A DNA stretch of 17,268 nucleotides from Promethearchaeota archaeon (lineage in GTDB: Archaea; Asgardarchaeota; Lokiarchaeia; Sigyniarchaeales; SOKP01): NCBI GenBank assembly GCA_018238625.1, contig JABCSY010000088.1, forward strand, positions 1-17,268. The letters run 5' to 3'. The notes under the pieces were generated by a model that did not search any database, was not told the DNA's origin, and saw only the letters and a list, made by a program, of their open reading frames with translations. Below, piece after piece: positions 7,561 through 16,137 of the stretch; the stretch's first letter is position 1; every line of letters begins with the position of its first letter. Both the position numbers and the translations under genes were made by a program.

Positions 7561-7604
7561 CAACTAAGGAAAACTTTTTTAAAAGTCATAATATTTTAAT
7601 ATTT

Positions 7605-8819
7605 TTATTGATAAGAAAGAGGAAGCATTAATAATACCAACAATGAAAGAATTATTATGATCATTCCATAAAAAATAACTACTTTAAGGATATCTTTATT
7701 TGTTTCTGGGAAACTCTTTTTTAGGATAAATCGTAAAGGAAAACTAACTATTAAGTTTAACGTTTTTGGGAGTTTTATTAGAAATGGTGTTCTTTTACGA
7801 TATTCTGCGTATTCATCTGGATGCTTTTTTGATAAATTAATATCTTCAAGAAAAGCAATACCAACAATTATTAAAGCAAAAATTACCCATGGTAAACTAG
7901 CCTCTAATCCTATTTTTCCCATTGTAATAATTATTAATTCTTGATTCATATAATGAACAAATAAACCATAACTCCAAATGAGAAATCCTAAATATTGAGG
8001 GTGTCTTGAATATTTATACACTGAGAATTCTATTATATCTATCTTCTGGTACTTCCCATAAAACCAACTAATGACTCCTGATGTGAAAATATATAATCCT
8101 AAGATCACAAAAATCCATGGAAGGATCATCATAATAAAATACGCAATATAACCAATAGGACCCAAATAGAAAAGAAAAACTAAAAGATAAATCGGAAAAA
8201 CAATTATCCCAAGTGTTAGAAAATTAAAGTAAGGCGTATCTAATGGCAACCATACTACTTCTAGAATCCCAATACCTGCAAGAAAAAACATCGATGAAGC
8301 AAAACTTCCAAAAGTAGGTAAAAATAGTAAAAATGAGCTTGAGACAGAAATCTTTTCTTTTTTTATTAAAAAGCCAAGTATGATGAATATGACAATGATT
8401 ATTAAGCATATATAACCAATTGGTCTAACTCCATTAATAAGAACCTCAATTTCATCGTGATCGTATGGATGTTGAATATCTGGAAATATTTGGATTAATA
8501 AACTGTTGATAAGAAAAGGAATCTCAAATGTTAAAAATATTAGAAAAAAAGTAAAAAGGAATGCCAATAGTTTTAGATTCTCTGGTTGATCATCGCTCAA
8601 TATTCTTTCACTTCTAGATTTTTCTTTTTCTTTTTTCAAGTAATACTTAGTGTAATCCTCGATCATGGCTTTCCTCACAGAATTTTCAGCCCCACATTTT
8701 TCACAAAATTCATATTGATTGGATGTAAATTCTCCACAATCGTTGCAAATATACGGAAAAGTTTTTTGAAATAACTTTTGATATTTAGGAACTCTATTAA
8801 ACAAATTGGAAAACTTCAA
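7605..8819 (-). CDS. ICMT/PEMT/DUF1295-like membrane methyltransferase-family protein with N-terminal zinc ribbon
   Basis: VYKYSRHPQYLGF and LEDINL...YAEYRKRTPFLI motifs; many TM segments; N-terminal CNDC...CEKC. The TTG start is uncertain. Confidence 0.75.
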   Translation of the reverse strand: MKFSNLFNRVPKYQKLFQKTFPYICNDCGEFTSNQYEFCEKCGAENSVRKAMIEDYTKYYLKKEKEKSRSERILSDDQPENLKLLAFLFTFFLIFLTFEIPFLINSLLIQIFPDIQHPYDHDEIEVLINGVRPIGYICLIIIVIFIILGFLIKKEKISVSSSFLLFLPTFGSFASSMFFLAGIGILEVVWLPLDTPYFNFLTLGIIVFPIYLLVFLFYLGPIGYIAYFIMMILPWIFVILGLYIFTSGVISWFYGKYQKIDIIEFSVYKYSRHPQYLGFLIWSYGLFVHYMNQELIIITMGKIGLEASLPWVIFALIIVGIAFLEDINLSKKHPDEYAEYRKRTPFLIKLPKTLNLIVSFPLRFILKKSFPETNKDILKVVIFYGMIIIILSLLVLLMLPLSYQ

Positions 8820-8943
8820 ATCGTTTATTATTTTTCTTGATAATAGACTTAATTTTATCGTATTTGAATTTTTCTTAAATTTTTATATTATTTATGATGC
8901 ACTATACAATTCTTTCAAGGAATAGCGCGCAACCTGGTGTCGT

Positions 8944-8986
8944 ATGATTTTTTGTATAAAAAAGCAAGATTCAATGAAAGATATCT
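8944..8986 (+). pseudogene. Orphan fragment similar to the GNAT toxin gene (7103-7145)
   Basis: 37/43 nt identical without gaps, including a perfect 21-mer AAAAAGCAAGATTCAATGAAA (8959-8979 = 7118-7138). Translates as DFLYKKARFNERYL versus EFLHEKARFNEKNL. Confidence 0.7.
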
Positions 8987-9134
8987 ACATATTAATTTAA
9001 ATTATAAATTAGATAGAAATCATTAATGATTGAAGAAGTGATTAAAAAAATAAAAATAAATATATACTAAAAAGATATTAAAATTATAACAAGAGAAATA
9101 AAATAATTTTTTAATTCTTCACGAGGTATTTATT

Positions 9135-9512
9135 TTGCCAGTTGGAATTCTTATAATTCGTTGGGATAATGAAATTGGACCGATTAACGAAGGGTTTTAT
9201 CCAGAAAACCTGAAAATTACAAACAACTTGCTCACGCAAGTGTATTCGAGCCACCGGTATCAGAGTTTGAAGCCAGGTTTCGCATCGATTAGCTTAAAGA
9301 ACAACAAAGTGGTCTCTTTCTTTTCTGGCGTAGGCGATGATTATATTAGCGTGGAGAATTATGTAGTTGCGTTGCTATTGCGTAGAGATGAGAAACCGAA
9401 TAAATATCGAGAAATCTTAAAAACCATAGCTGCAGAAATTCTTGATCAGGTGACAGATGGGAATTTTATTAAGCGTTTACCCGATTTGTATAAAGATTTG
9501 GCAAGGATTTGA
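9135..9512 (+). CDS. Small uDENN/longin-like domain protein
   Basis: N-terminal strand-W-D-x-x-x-G-P-x5-Y-P pattern (ILIIRWDNEIGPINEGFYP), followed by helix, three strands and helices as in longin/uDENN folds. GAGGT 7 nt before TTG. Confidence 0.6.
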   Translation: MPVGILIIRWDNEIGPINEGFYPENLKITNNLLTQVYSSHRYQSLKPGFASISLKNNKVVSFFSGVGDDYISVENYVVALLLRRDEKPNKYREILKTIAAEILDQVTDGNFIKRLPDLYKDLARI

Positions 9513-9622
9513 ATCTCAAATTATATTTTTTAAAAAATTCTAACTATACTTCTAATAAGGGTTTGTTAAATCTTAATTCAATAATTCTTAAAAAATTAGA
9601 ATAAAATTCTGATAGATAAGTG

Positions 9623-10654
9623 TTAATCTATTTTTTTAACAGAAATCTTACCAGCATCGCTAATTTCAAACAAATCGACATTCTGTAAATTTTGCACTAT
9701 TTTTTTTACTAATACAATTGGAGATCCTAAGGCATTTCTTAAATCATCTAATGTCATTGAGCCTACTTGTTCTACTATTAAGAATGCTTTAAACTGCACT
9801 TCGTGTTCCATTAATTCGGTTAATTTATCGTAATAGTTAATCTTCTTAACGTTATTTTGTTTGAAAGTTCTAAGTTCTTCCATTTCTTTATTAAGTTTTC
9901 TGACCTTTTCATCTGCTTCACGTTTTTTATCTAGTGCGTCCTCTAATTTATTAATCATATTTTCCTGACTATCGCGAATCTCTTGAAACCGCGATTTTAA
10001 GTCTTTAGCTTCTGAGGTAGCTTCAGTAGATGTCAGTTTAGAATCAAGTAAAAAAGTATCTAAATCGGAAATTTTTCCAACTAAATCCTTCTTCTCTTCT
10101 ATATGGTCCAATCTCAATTTCTCGAGTTCTTTTTTCCACTTTTGGTCCATATCTGACAATAATTTAACTTGCTCGTCTTGTAATTTATCCGCGAAAGCTC
10201 GAATTTCTTGTACCTTAATTTCTAAAGATTTAATCGATTCTTTTTTCAATAAAAGTTCTGATTTTTTTTCCGCTATTTCTGTTTTTAAATTTCCAATTGA
10301 TTCAAAACCTTCCTCTAATTTTCGTTGAGTGGGGAGGTTTTGTTTCTTTATATATTCTAACTCTTTTTGAATAGCCAGAACTTCGCCTTTTGCGAGTTCA
10401 ATCTCTTTTTCCCTTTGATTAAGCATTGCTCTTTGAGTTCCAACTAATTCTTTTAGTTCTAAGACATCTTCAGGAATGTCATACATTCTTGTTATTTTTA
10501 TTTTTTGTTCCTCAATAATCTTTTCATGCTCTATCAGAACCCTCTTCTGTTTTTCTATCATTTCTTTTAACCTATCCATTTTAGATAGGAGAATAGCGCT
10601 TTCTTTTTCGCTCGATTCGATATTATCAATTATATTTTTTAAATCTTTAGGCAT
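9623..10654 (-). CDS. Long coiled-coil protein with C-terminal winged-helix-like domain
   Basis: About 280 aa of E/K/L-rich heptad sequence, then AFLIVEQVGSMTLDDLRNALGSPIVLVKKIVQNLQNVDLFEI (wHTH-like). No Walker motifs, so not a true SMC. Confidence 0.65.
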   Translation of the reverse strand: MPKDLKNIIDNIESSEKESAILLSKMDRLKEMIEKQKRVLIEHEKIIEEQKIKITRMYDIPEDVLELKELVGTQRAMLNQREKEIELAKGEVLAIQKELEYIKKQNLPTQRKLEEGFESIGNLKTEIAEKKSELLLKKESIKSLEIKVQEIRAFADKLQDEQVKLLSDMDQKWKKELEKLRLDHIEEKKDLVGKISDLDTFLLDSKLTSTEATSEAKDLKSRFQEIRDSQENMINKLEDALDKKREADEKVRKLNKEMEELRTFKQNNVKKINYYDKLTELMEHEVQFKAFLIVEQVGSMTLDDLRNALGSPIVLVKKIVQNLQNVDLFEISDAGKISVKKID

Positions 10655-10882
10655 CTTTATTTACTCGATTCTTTAATTATAAGCATAGTTCAATTTTGTT
10701 AATATTGAAATAATAGATTCAATTTATATATTTATCGAATATTGAGGTAGGTTGAAATTTCTATATTTTATTTTAAGCCGAATGTTATTGATCCGTTTAT
10801 AATTGTATCTTATGATTATCTAAAAAACCAAGAAAAAATCAAATTAGCCGAGATCAGCTTTTTTAAAAGCGAATCGGATATT

Positions 10883-11329
10883 TTGGAATATATTAAAACA
10901 AACAAATTTGATATATCTAACTATAAAGATGCTAAAGAACGTAGCATATTGAATCAGTTGGAAAACGCGATTAACGATTATCTAACGGGTACAAAAATAG
11001 ATTTATTCGAGGAGATGAAAAGTATGGATGTATTGTTAGATCTTAAAAATAAGTTTAAAAGTGATTTTTCCCAAAAAGTAATAAACTCTCTTATAAAAAT
11101 TAGACCCGGCGAATCGACCACTTATTCTGATCTAGCAAAAAAGATAAATTCAAAAGCGTATAGAGCCGTAGGAAGCGTTCTAAGAAATAACCCGCTGCCT
11201 TTGATTATTCCATGTCATCGAGTTATAAAAAAAAATGGAAAACTAGGCGGTTTCATGGGAAAAATGGATGAAGATTGGCAGATTAATCTTAAAAGAAGTT
11301 TACTTCGAATTGAAGGTTTTATGGTTTGA
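10883..11329 (+). CDS. ogt: Methylated-DNA--protein-cysteine S-methyltransferase (MGMT); true start probably further upstream
   Basis: GESTTYSDLA, RAVGS, NPLPLIIPCHRV active-site motif, K..LL..EG tail. The frame stays open upstream to 10751. Confidence 0.93.
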   Translation: MEYIKTNKFDISNYKDAKERSILNQLENAINDYLTGTKIDLFEEMKSMDVLLDLKNKFKSDFSQKVINSLIKIRPGESTTYSDLAKKINSKAYRAVGSVLRNNPLPLIIPCHRVIKKNGKLGGFMGKMDEDWQINLKRSLLRIEGFMV

Positions 11330-11383
11330 TTTCTACAAAATAATGGAAACTAATTTAAAATTTAATTACTTTTTAAACATATT

Positions 11384-12586
11384 ATGGTTAAAATCTCAGC
11401 TATACGACCCTATTATCCAAATGACCCGAATGAATTTACTACGAATCCATACGATGTTATTGGAAAAGACGAAGAATACCAATTGAAACAAAACCCCAAT
11501 TCGCTAATTCAACTTATACTACCTGATGGTGAAGGCGAAGAAATTTATAACAATGCTTTGATGGCTTATGAAAAATTTAAAAAAACTAACCTTATTGTTC
11601 AAAATGAAACTCCAAGTATATATGTTTATCGCCAAGAGTCCGCTCAATTTAACCAACAAGGGTTAATTATGGGTATCGCACTTCAAGATTACGAAGATGG
11701 GAATATAGTAAAGCACGAACATACTCGCGAAAAACCTCTTCAAGATCGAACTAAACATATAGTAGCTACTAATGTCGCAGCTGGTCTCGTATGGTCAGTT
11801 TTTCGCGCCGATCGTGAGATAAATAAATTAATAGAGCAAATTAAACAAAAAAAACCCAAATTTGACTTTGAAAAATACGGTTATCAGCATTTAATTTGGC
11901 AAGAGACAGACCCAAATATTATTGATCAATTATCAAATCTCTTTAAAGACAAGAAAGTCTACATAGCAGACGGGCATCATCGCGCAGCGAGCGCAGCTGA
12001 ATACAGAAAAACTCAGTTGAGAAAAGCTGCTGAAACTGATAAATCCAATGCTCCGTGGCAGTATTTATTGTCTTACGTGGCGTCAGACGATCAAACTTTG
12101 ATTTTACCTTACAATCGCGTAATAAAGAAGTTATCGGATAATGTGGACGATTTTTTAAAAAAGATGGAAGAAATTTATAAGGTTAAGCAAGTTAAAAAAG
12201 CCTTTAATCCGGTAAAAAAACATCAACTCGCCATGTGTGTCAAAGGAAAATGGTACAATTTAGCAGTAAAAGATAAAAAGTTTAGTTCAAAACGAGATAG
12301 CTTAGACGTTGCTATACTTCAAGATAAAGTTTTAGGCCCTATTTTAGGAATTTACGACATTCGCGCGGATGAAAACATCTTTTTTGTAGGGGGTATTCAA
12401 GATCCAAACATCATGGAAAAATACGTGTCAGAAAAAGGAAATGATGTGTTTTTCAACTTATATCCAGTAGACATAAGGGATTTGGAATCTATTTCTGATG
12501 CAGGGGGCGTGATGCCACCAAAATCTACCTGGTTTGATCCTAAGCTTCTGTCTGGGTTAGTTCTTCACGATTTGACTGAAAAATAG
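11384..12586 (+). CDS. DUF1015 family protein
   Basis: PYDVI, YVYRQ, KHEHT, YIADGHHR and the C-terminal MPPKSTWFDPKLLSGL signature. Confidence 0.9.
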   Translation: MVKISAIRPYYPNDPNEFTTNPYDVIGKDEEYQLKQNPNSLIQLILPDGEGEEIYNNALMAYEKFKKTNLIVQNETPSIYVYRQESAQFNQQGLIMGIALQDYEDGNIVKHEHTREKPLQDRTKHIVATNVAAGLVWSVFRADREINKLIEQIKQKKPKFDFEKYGYQHLIWQETDPNIIDQLSNLFKDKKVYIADGHHRAASAAEYRKTQLRKAAETDKSNAPWQYLLSYVASDDQTLILPYNRVIKKLSDNVDDFLKKMEEIYKVKQVKKAFNPVKKHQLAMCVKGKWYNLAVKDKKFSSKRDSLDVAILQDKVLGPILGIYDIRADENIFFVGGIQDPNIMEKYVSEKGNDVFFNLYPVDIRDLESISDAGGVMPPKSTWFDPKLLSGLVLHDLTEK

Positions 12587-12601
12587 AAGTATCATTTAAA
12601 T

Positions 12602-14650
12602 TTGGAGTTTAGAAGATTGGGTAAAAAGATAGAGCCTACAAAAAGATATGGAACTTGCTCCAAAGATTGCTACGGTTCATGTGTATTTATAGGCGAATGG
12701 GACGACCAAGCTCCTGAGAGGAAACTCCTAATTGCTAAGCCTTTAAAAGACCACCCTTTCACCAATGGATTTTTATGCGCGAAATTAAATCAAAGAGAAA
12801 AGTTACTATACCATCCTCAAAGAATAAAAACCGCGTTAATTCGGACGGGTCCTAAAGGTAGTAATTCCTTTAAATCGATAAATCTTGAAAATGCATTAAA
12901 TTTAATTGCTGAAAAATTACTACAAGTCAAGAATGAATTTAACCCCTCATCTATCGTATCGGCTTACTATGCAGGAAACAATAGTTTAATCTCAAAATAC
13001 GCCCCTATTCGATTTTTCGGTAATCTTGGGGCTACAATTACAAATAAAGGCATATGTAATGAAGCAGGATGTTCGGCTTTAGAAGAATTGTTTGGTACAT
13101 ATTCTACTACAAATACTTTCCAAATAATTAATCCCAATAATCGCTTAATTGTCGTGTGGGGAAGCAATCTAGCCGATCGAAATACTCACGCCTACTTCTT
13201 GGTTAAAAAAGCAATTCAAAATGGTTCAGTTGTTGTTGTAGTGAATCCGATTAAGACTCAATTAGTAGAAAACGCTAGTATATTTGTACAACCTTTCCCT
13301 GGTACCGACCATCTAATTGTCAAATTAATTTTGAATAAAATTATAACATCGGAAAATTACGATAAAGATTTTATCGACCAACATGTTGACAACTACAAGA
13401 ACCTTTTTACAGAAGTTGAAAGAATAGATGAAAATAAAATATATCAGCAAACAGGTTTAGATCGTAAAACTCTACAAGAATTTATAAATTTACTCCTTAA
13501 ATATAACCATAAAACTCTTTTTATCGTAGGATTTGGACCCCAGAAGTACTTTTATGGTGGAAAACTTTTAAATACAATAGCTCTAATTCAAATCCTTCTT
13601 GGAAATTTTGGTAAACTCGGAACAGGTTTTTTATTTTCTCAGAGTGACTTTAATAAAGAATTTCTGAAACCGCTTATTGATTATATTACTATACCAAAAA
13701 CATACGCTCCATATGAGACTATTCCGCTTGTAAATCTTGGAACCTCCTTAAGCTCAAATAATTTCAAAATGTTATTTATCTACAATTTTAATCCAGCTAG
13801 TTCTCTCCCTAATCAGAACATTCTTAGAAAATCCTTATCTCGGGATGATTTGTATATAGTCGTATTAGACATGTTTTTAAACGAGACTACAAAATTTGCA
13901 GATATTGTTATCCCTGCAAAATTTGACCTCGAATGCGATGATTTAATCACGCCTTATTTTATACCTGGGATATCGATAAATCAAGGAGGACCGTGCCCAT
14001 ATTCGGATTGTTTATCGAATTATGAGTTTTTTCAATTATTAGCCAAAAGAATTGGATGGACTAATGTTAGTTTTCTTCAAGAAAGTCAAGAAGAAATAGT
14101 TGAACAATGTGTTGGATTATTACCTGAGGAGATCCAGCAAAATCTAAGAAACACTGGGTATTACATTCCGTTCGGAACTAATGGTATCCCTTTTAAAGAT
14201 TTAAACTTTCCAACCTCTAATAATAAAATTCAAATCCACAGCTCCCATATTAGTTTATTTGACCAAAAATCAGATGTTTTACTGCGGCGAAATAAGAATG
14301 AATTTTATTTACTCTCTCCGTCTCATAAATATTTTATACACTCCCAATTCGGCGAAATTCACGAAGGTTACAAGGAAATCTTTAGTAAAATATTCCTAAA
14401 TCCTATCGATATTGAATCACTCGGAATAAAGCCGCCACAAGAAGTACTAGTTTCTAACAAGTTTAGTAAAGCGAGATATACATTGGATCAAAATATCGCT
14501 TTAAAACCAGGTACAGCTTTAATTTATTCAGGGTCGCCTTTTGTTAATAGTGAACACGAGAATGTTAATATCTTTACTCCAGATAAGCCTGAGGCGTCAG
14601 GAAATTCAGGAGCATACTTTTCTACGGTCGTGAAAATTTCTAAAATTTAA
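12602..14650 (+). CDS. Molybdopterin-dependent oxidoreductase (DMSO reductase superfamily) with N-terminal 4Fe-4S motif
   Basis: CSKDCYGSC...GFLCAK, HPQRIKTAL, ICNEAG, VVWGSN, PGTD, NFNPA, DMFLNETTKFADIVIPA, HSQF. Alternative start TTG 12617 after GGAG. Confidence 0.9.
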   Translation: MEFRRLGKKIEPTKRYGTCSKDCYGSCVFIGEWDDQAPERKLLIAKPLKDHPFTNGFLCAKLNQREKLLYHPQRIKTALIRTGPKGSNSFKSINLENALNLIAEKLLQVKNEFNPSSIVSAYYAGNNSLISKYAPIRFFGNLGATITNKGICNEAGCSALEELFGTYSTTNTFQIINPNNRLIVVWGSNLADRNTHAYFLVKKAIQNGSVVVVVNPIKTQLVENASIFVQPFPGTDHLIVKLILNKIITSENYDKDFIDQHVDNYKNLFTEVERIDENKIYQQTGLDRKTLQEFINLLLKYNHKTLFIVGFGPQKYFYGGKLLNTIALIQILLGNFGKLGTGFLFSQSDFNKEFLKPLIDYITIPKTYAPYETIPLVNLGTSLSSNNFKMLFIYNFNPASSLPNQNILRKSLSRDDLYIVVLDMFLNETTKFADIVIPAKFDLECDDLITPYFIPGISINQGGPCPYSDCLSNYEFFQLLAKRIGWTNVSFLQESQEEIVEQCVGLLPEEIQQNLRNTGYYIPFGTNGIPFKDLNFPTSNNKIQIHSSHISLFDQKSDVLLRRNKNEFYLLSPSHKYFIHSQFGEIHEGYKEIFSKIFLNPIDIESLGIKPPQEVLVSNKFSKARYTLDQNIALKPGTALIYSGSPFVNSEHENVNIFTPDKPEASGNSGAYFSTVVKISKI

Positions 14651-14707
14651 AGCATTCGAAAAAAATGATTTTTTTAATTGATTTGGAAATATCCAAATCT
14701 TATTATT

Positions 14708-15640
14708 TTATAATTTTTTTAAGAAATCTGACATTTTTTCGGCTATTTTAGTAGCTGCGTGTATTTGTGTTTCTATGGTCTGAGCTCCTATATGAGGCGT
14801 GAGAATTAAATTCCCCTTGAAATTACATAACTCCATATCCTTCAACGGTTCTTTCCTGTATACATCTAAGGCAGCTCCACCTATCTCTTCGTTTGCTAAG
14901 GCTTTTAATAAAGCTTTTTCGTCAATGAGAGGACCTCTAGCAGTATTAATTATGATAGATTTTTTTTTCATTAATTTTAGGTTTGTTTCATTGATAGTAT
15001 TTTCTGTTTGAGGTGTAGCGGGGAGATGTAAAGATATAATTTGAGCATCTTGGAGTAATTCGTCAATAGAAGAATACAATTTGCACCCCATGTTTTTGGC
15101 TTCTTCTATAGCTTTAGGACCTTTACTAAATCTAGAATAAACGCCAACTTCCATTTCTAACGCCAGAGCCTTTTTCGCTAATTGTTTAGCTATGTTTCCA
15201 AATCCGATTAAACCTAATTTCTTACCTTTCAAAGTGTAGCCCAAATACTGACTTTTATTCCATTCTCCACAATGCATGGTTCGGTCCGCGTTTGAGATAT
15301 GTCTAGCTAACGTAAACATCAACCCAAGTGCTAATTCTGCTACTGAAACTGAAGGCGCTTCTGGTGTGTTTAAAACTTCAATGTTTAACTCCGCAGCTTT
15401 TTTCCTATCGACATTATCCAATCCTACTCCAGCTCTTCCAATAGCTTTAAGGTTGCTCGCTCTTTCTAATACTTCCGCTGTTAGTTTGGTTCGAGAACGT
15501 ATAACGATTCCGTCGTAATTTCCAATCTCTTCTTTTAATTCATCGTTAGTTATTTTAAAATTTTTCACTACTTCAAAGCCGTTTTCTTGAAAAATTTTCA
15601 CTCCTTCTTCTTGAAGTTTGTCGCTAATTAAAATTTTCAT
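14708..15640 (-). CDS. serA: D-3-phosphoglycerate dehydrogenase-like D-2-hydroxyacid dehydrogenase (short form, no ACT domain)
   Basis: VIRSRTK, IGRAGVGLDNVD, SVAEL, GLIGFGNI, INTARG, AALDV, LTPHIGAQT. ATG 15640 (MKILISD) is preferred over GTG 15649. Confidence 0.8.
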   Translation of the reverse strand: MKILISDKLQEEGVKIFQENGFEVVKNFKITNDELKEEIGNYDGIVIRSRTKLTAEVLERASNLKAIGRAGVGLDNVDRKKAAELNIEVLNTPEAPSVSVAELALGLMFTLARHISNADRTMHCGEWNKSQYLGYTLKGKKLGLIGFGNIAKQLAKKALALEMEVGVYSRFSKGPKAIEEAKNMGCKLYSSIDELLQDAQIISLHLPATPQTENTINETNLKLMKKKSIIINTARGPLIDEKALLKALANEEIGGAALDVYRKEPLKDMELCNFKGNLILTPHIGAQTIETQIHAATKIAEKMSDFLKKL

Positions 15641-15736
15641 AAATATCACTTTTTAATAATTTTAAATAAATGGATAGTATTTTTAGTAAACTAATGTATA
15701 AAAGAATTTTTGATGATTTAATTATATCCCTTCAAA

Positions 15737-15973
15737 TTAATTGTACCCTTCGATATTCTGTTTCGATTTTGACTTAATTATCGAAATCCTATTCGTAATC
15801 AGAAGTATGACTAATACACCATTAAGTATCATAATTCCTAAAGAAATAAAAAAGAAAAGAAAAAACATACTTGAAACCCAGAGCAACAAGAATATAAAAT
15901 AAAAAGGCAACAATATAATATCAACAATTAACATTTCAAAGATAAAAGTTTTGAATTCTTTTTTGATTTCCAT
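15737..15973 (-). CDS. Small two-TM hypothetical membrane protein
   Basis: 78 aa with two hydrophobic stretches, co-oriented between the aminotransferase and serA. An in-frame upstream ATG at 16024 is separated from it by a TGA. Confidence 0.5.
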   Translation of the reverse strand: MEIKKEFKTFIFEMLIVDIILLPFYFIFLLLWVSSMFFLFFFISLGIMILNGVLVILLITNRISIIKSKSKQNIEGYN

Positions 15974-16137
15974 TTTTCAGTTTTTTCCTCTTTTACTTTT
16001 GATCTCGCTCTTTTCTTTATTCATTAGAATAAAATTATTTCTTTCACTTAAATATTTATTTCCACTAAAATAGAAGAACTTTGAATGTTATCGCAAATTA
16101 TACAACAAAATAGAAGAAAAATTTAGATTTAATAATT

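Noticed and set aside
9623-10654. SMC/Rad50 assignment for the coiled-coil protein
   Set aside because: Too short, with no Walker A/B, signature, hinge or hook motifs.
12602-14650. Selenocysteine-containing formate dehydrogenase
   Set aside because: No in-frame TGA, and the candidate ligand motif is ICNEAG rather than the FDH-type R-x-(C/U)-H.
16067-16118. 12-bp direct repeat AAAATAGAAGAA at 16067 and 16107
   Set aside because: Low complexity; reads as T-rich tracts on the minus strand after the aminotransferase stop, so likely terminator sequence or chance.
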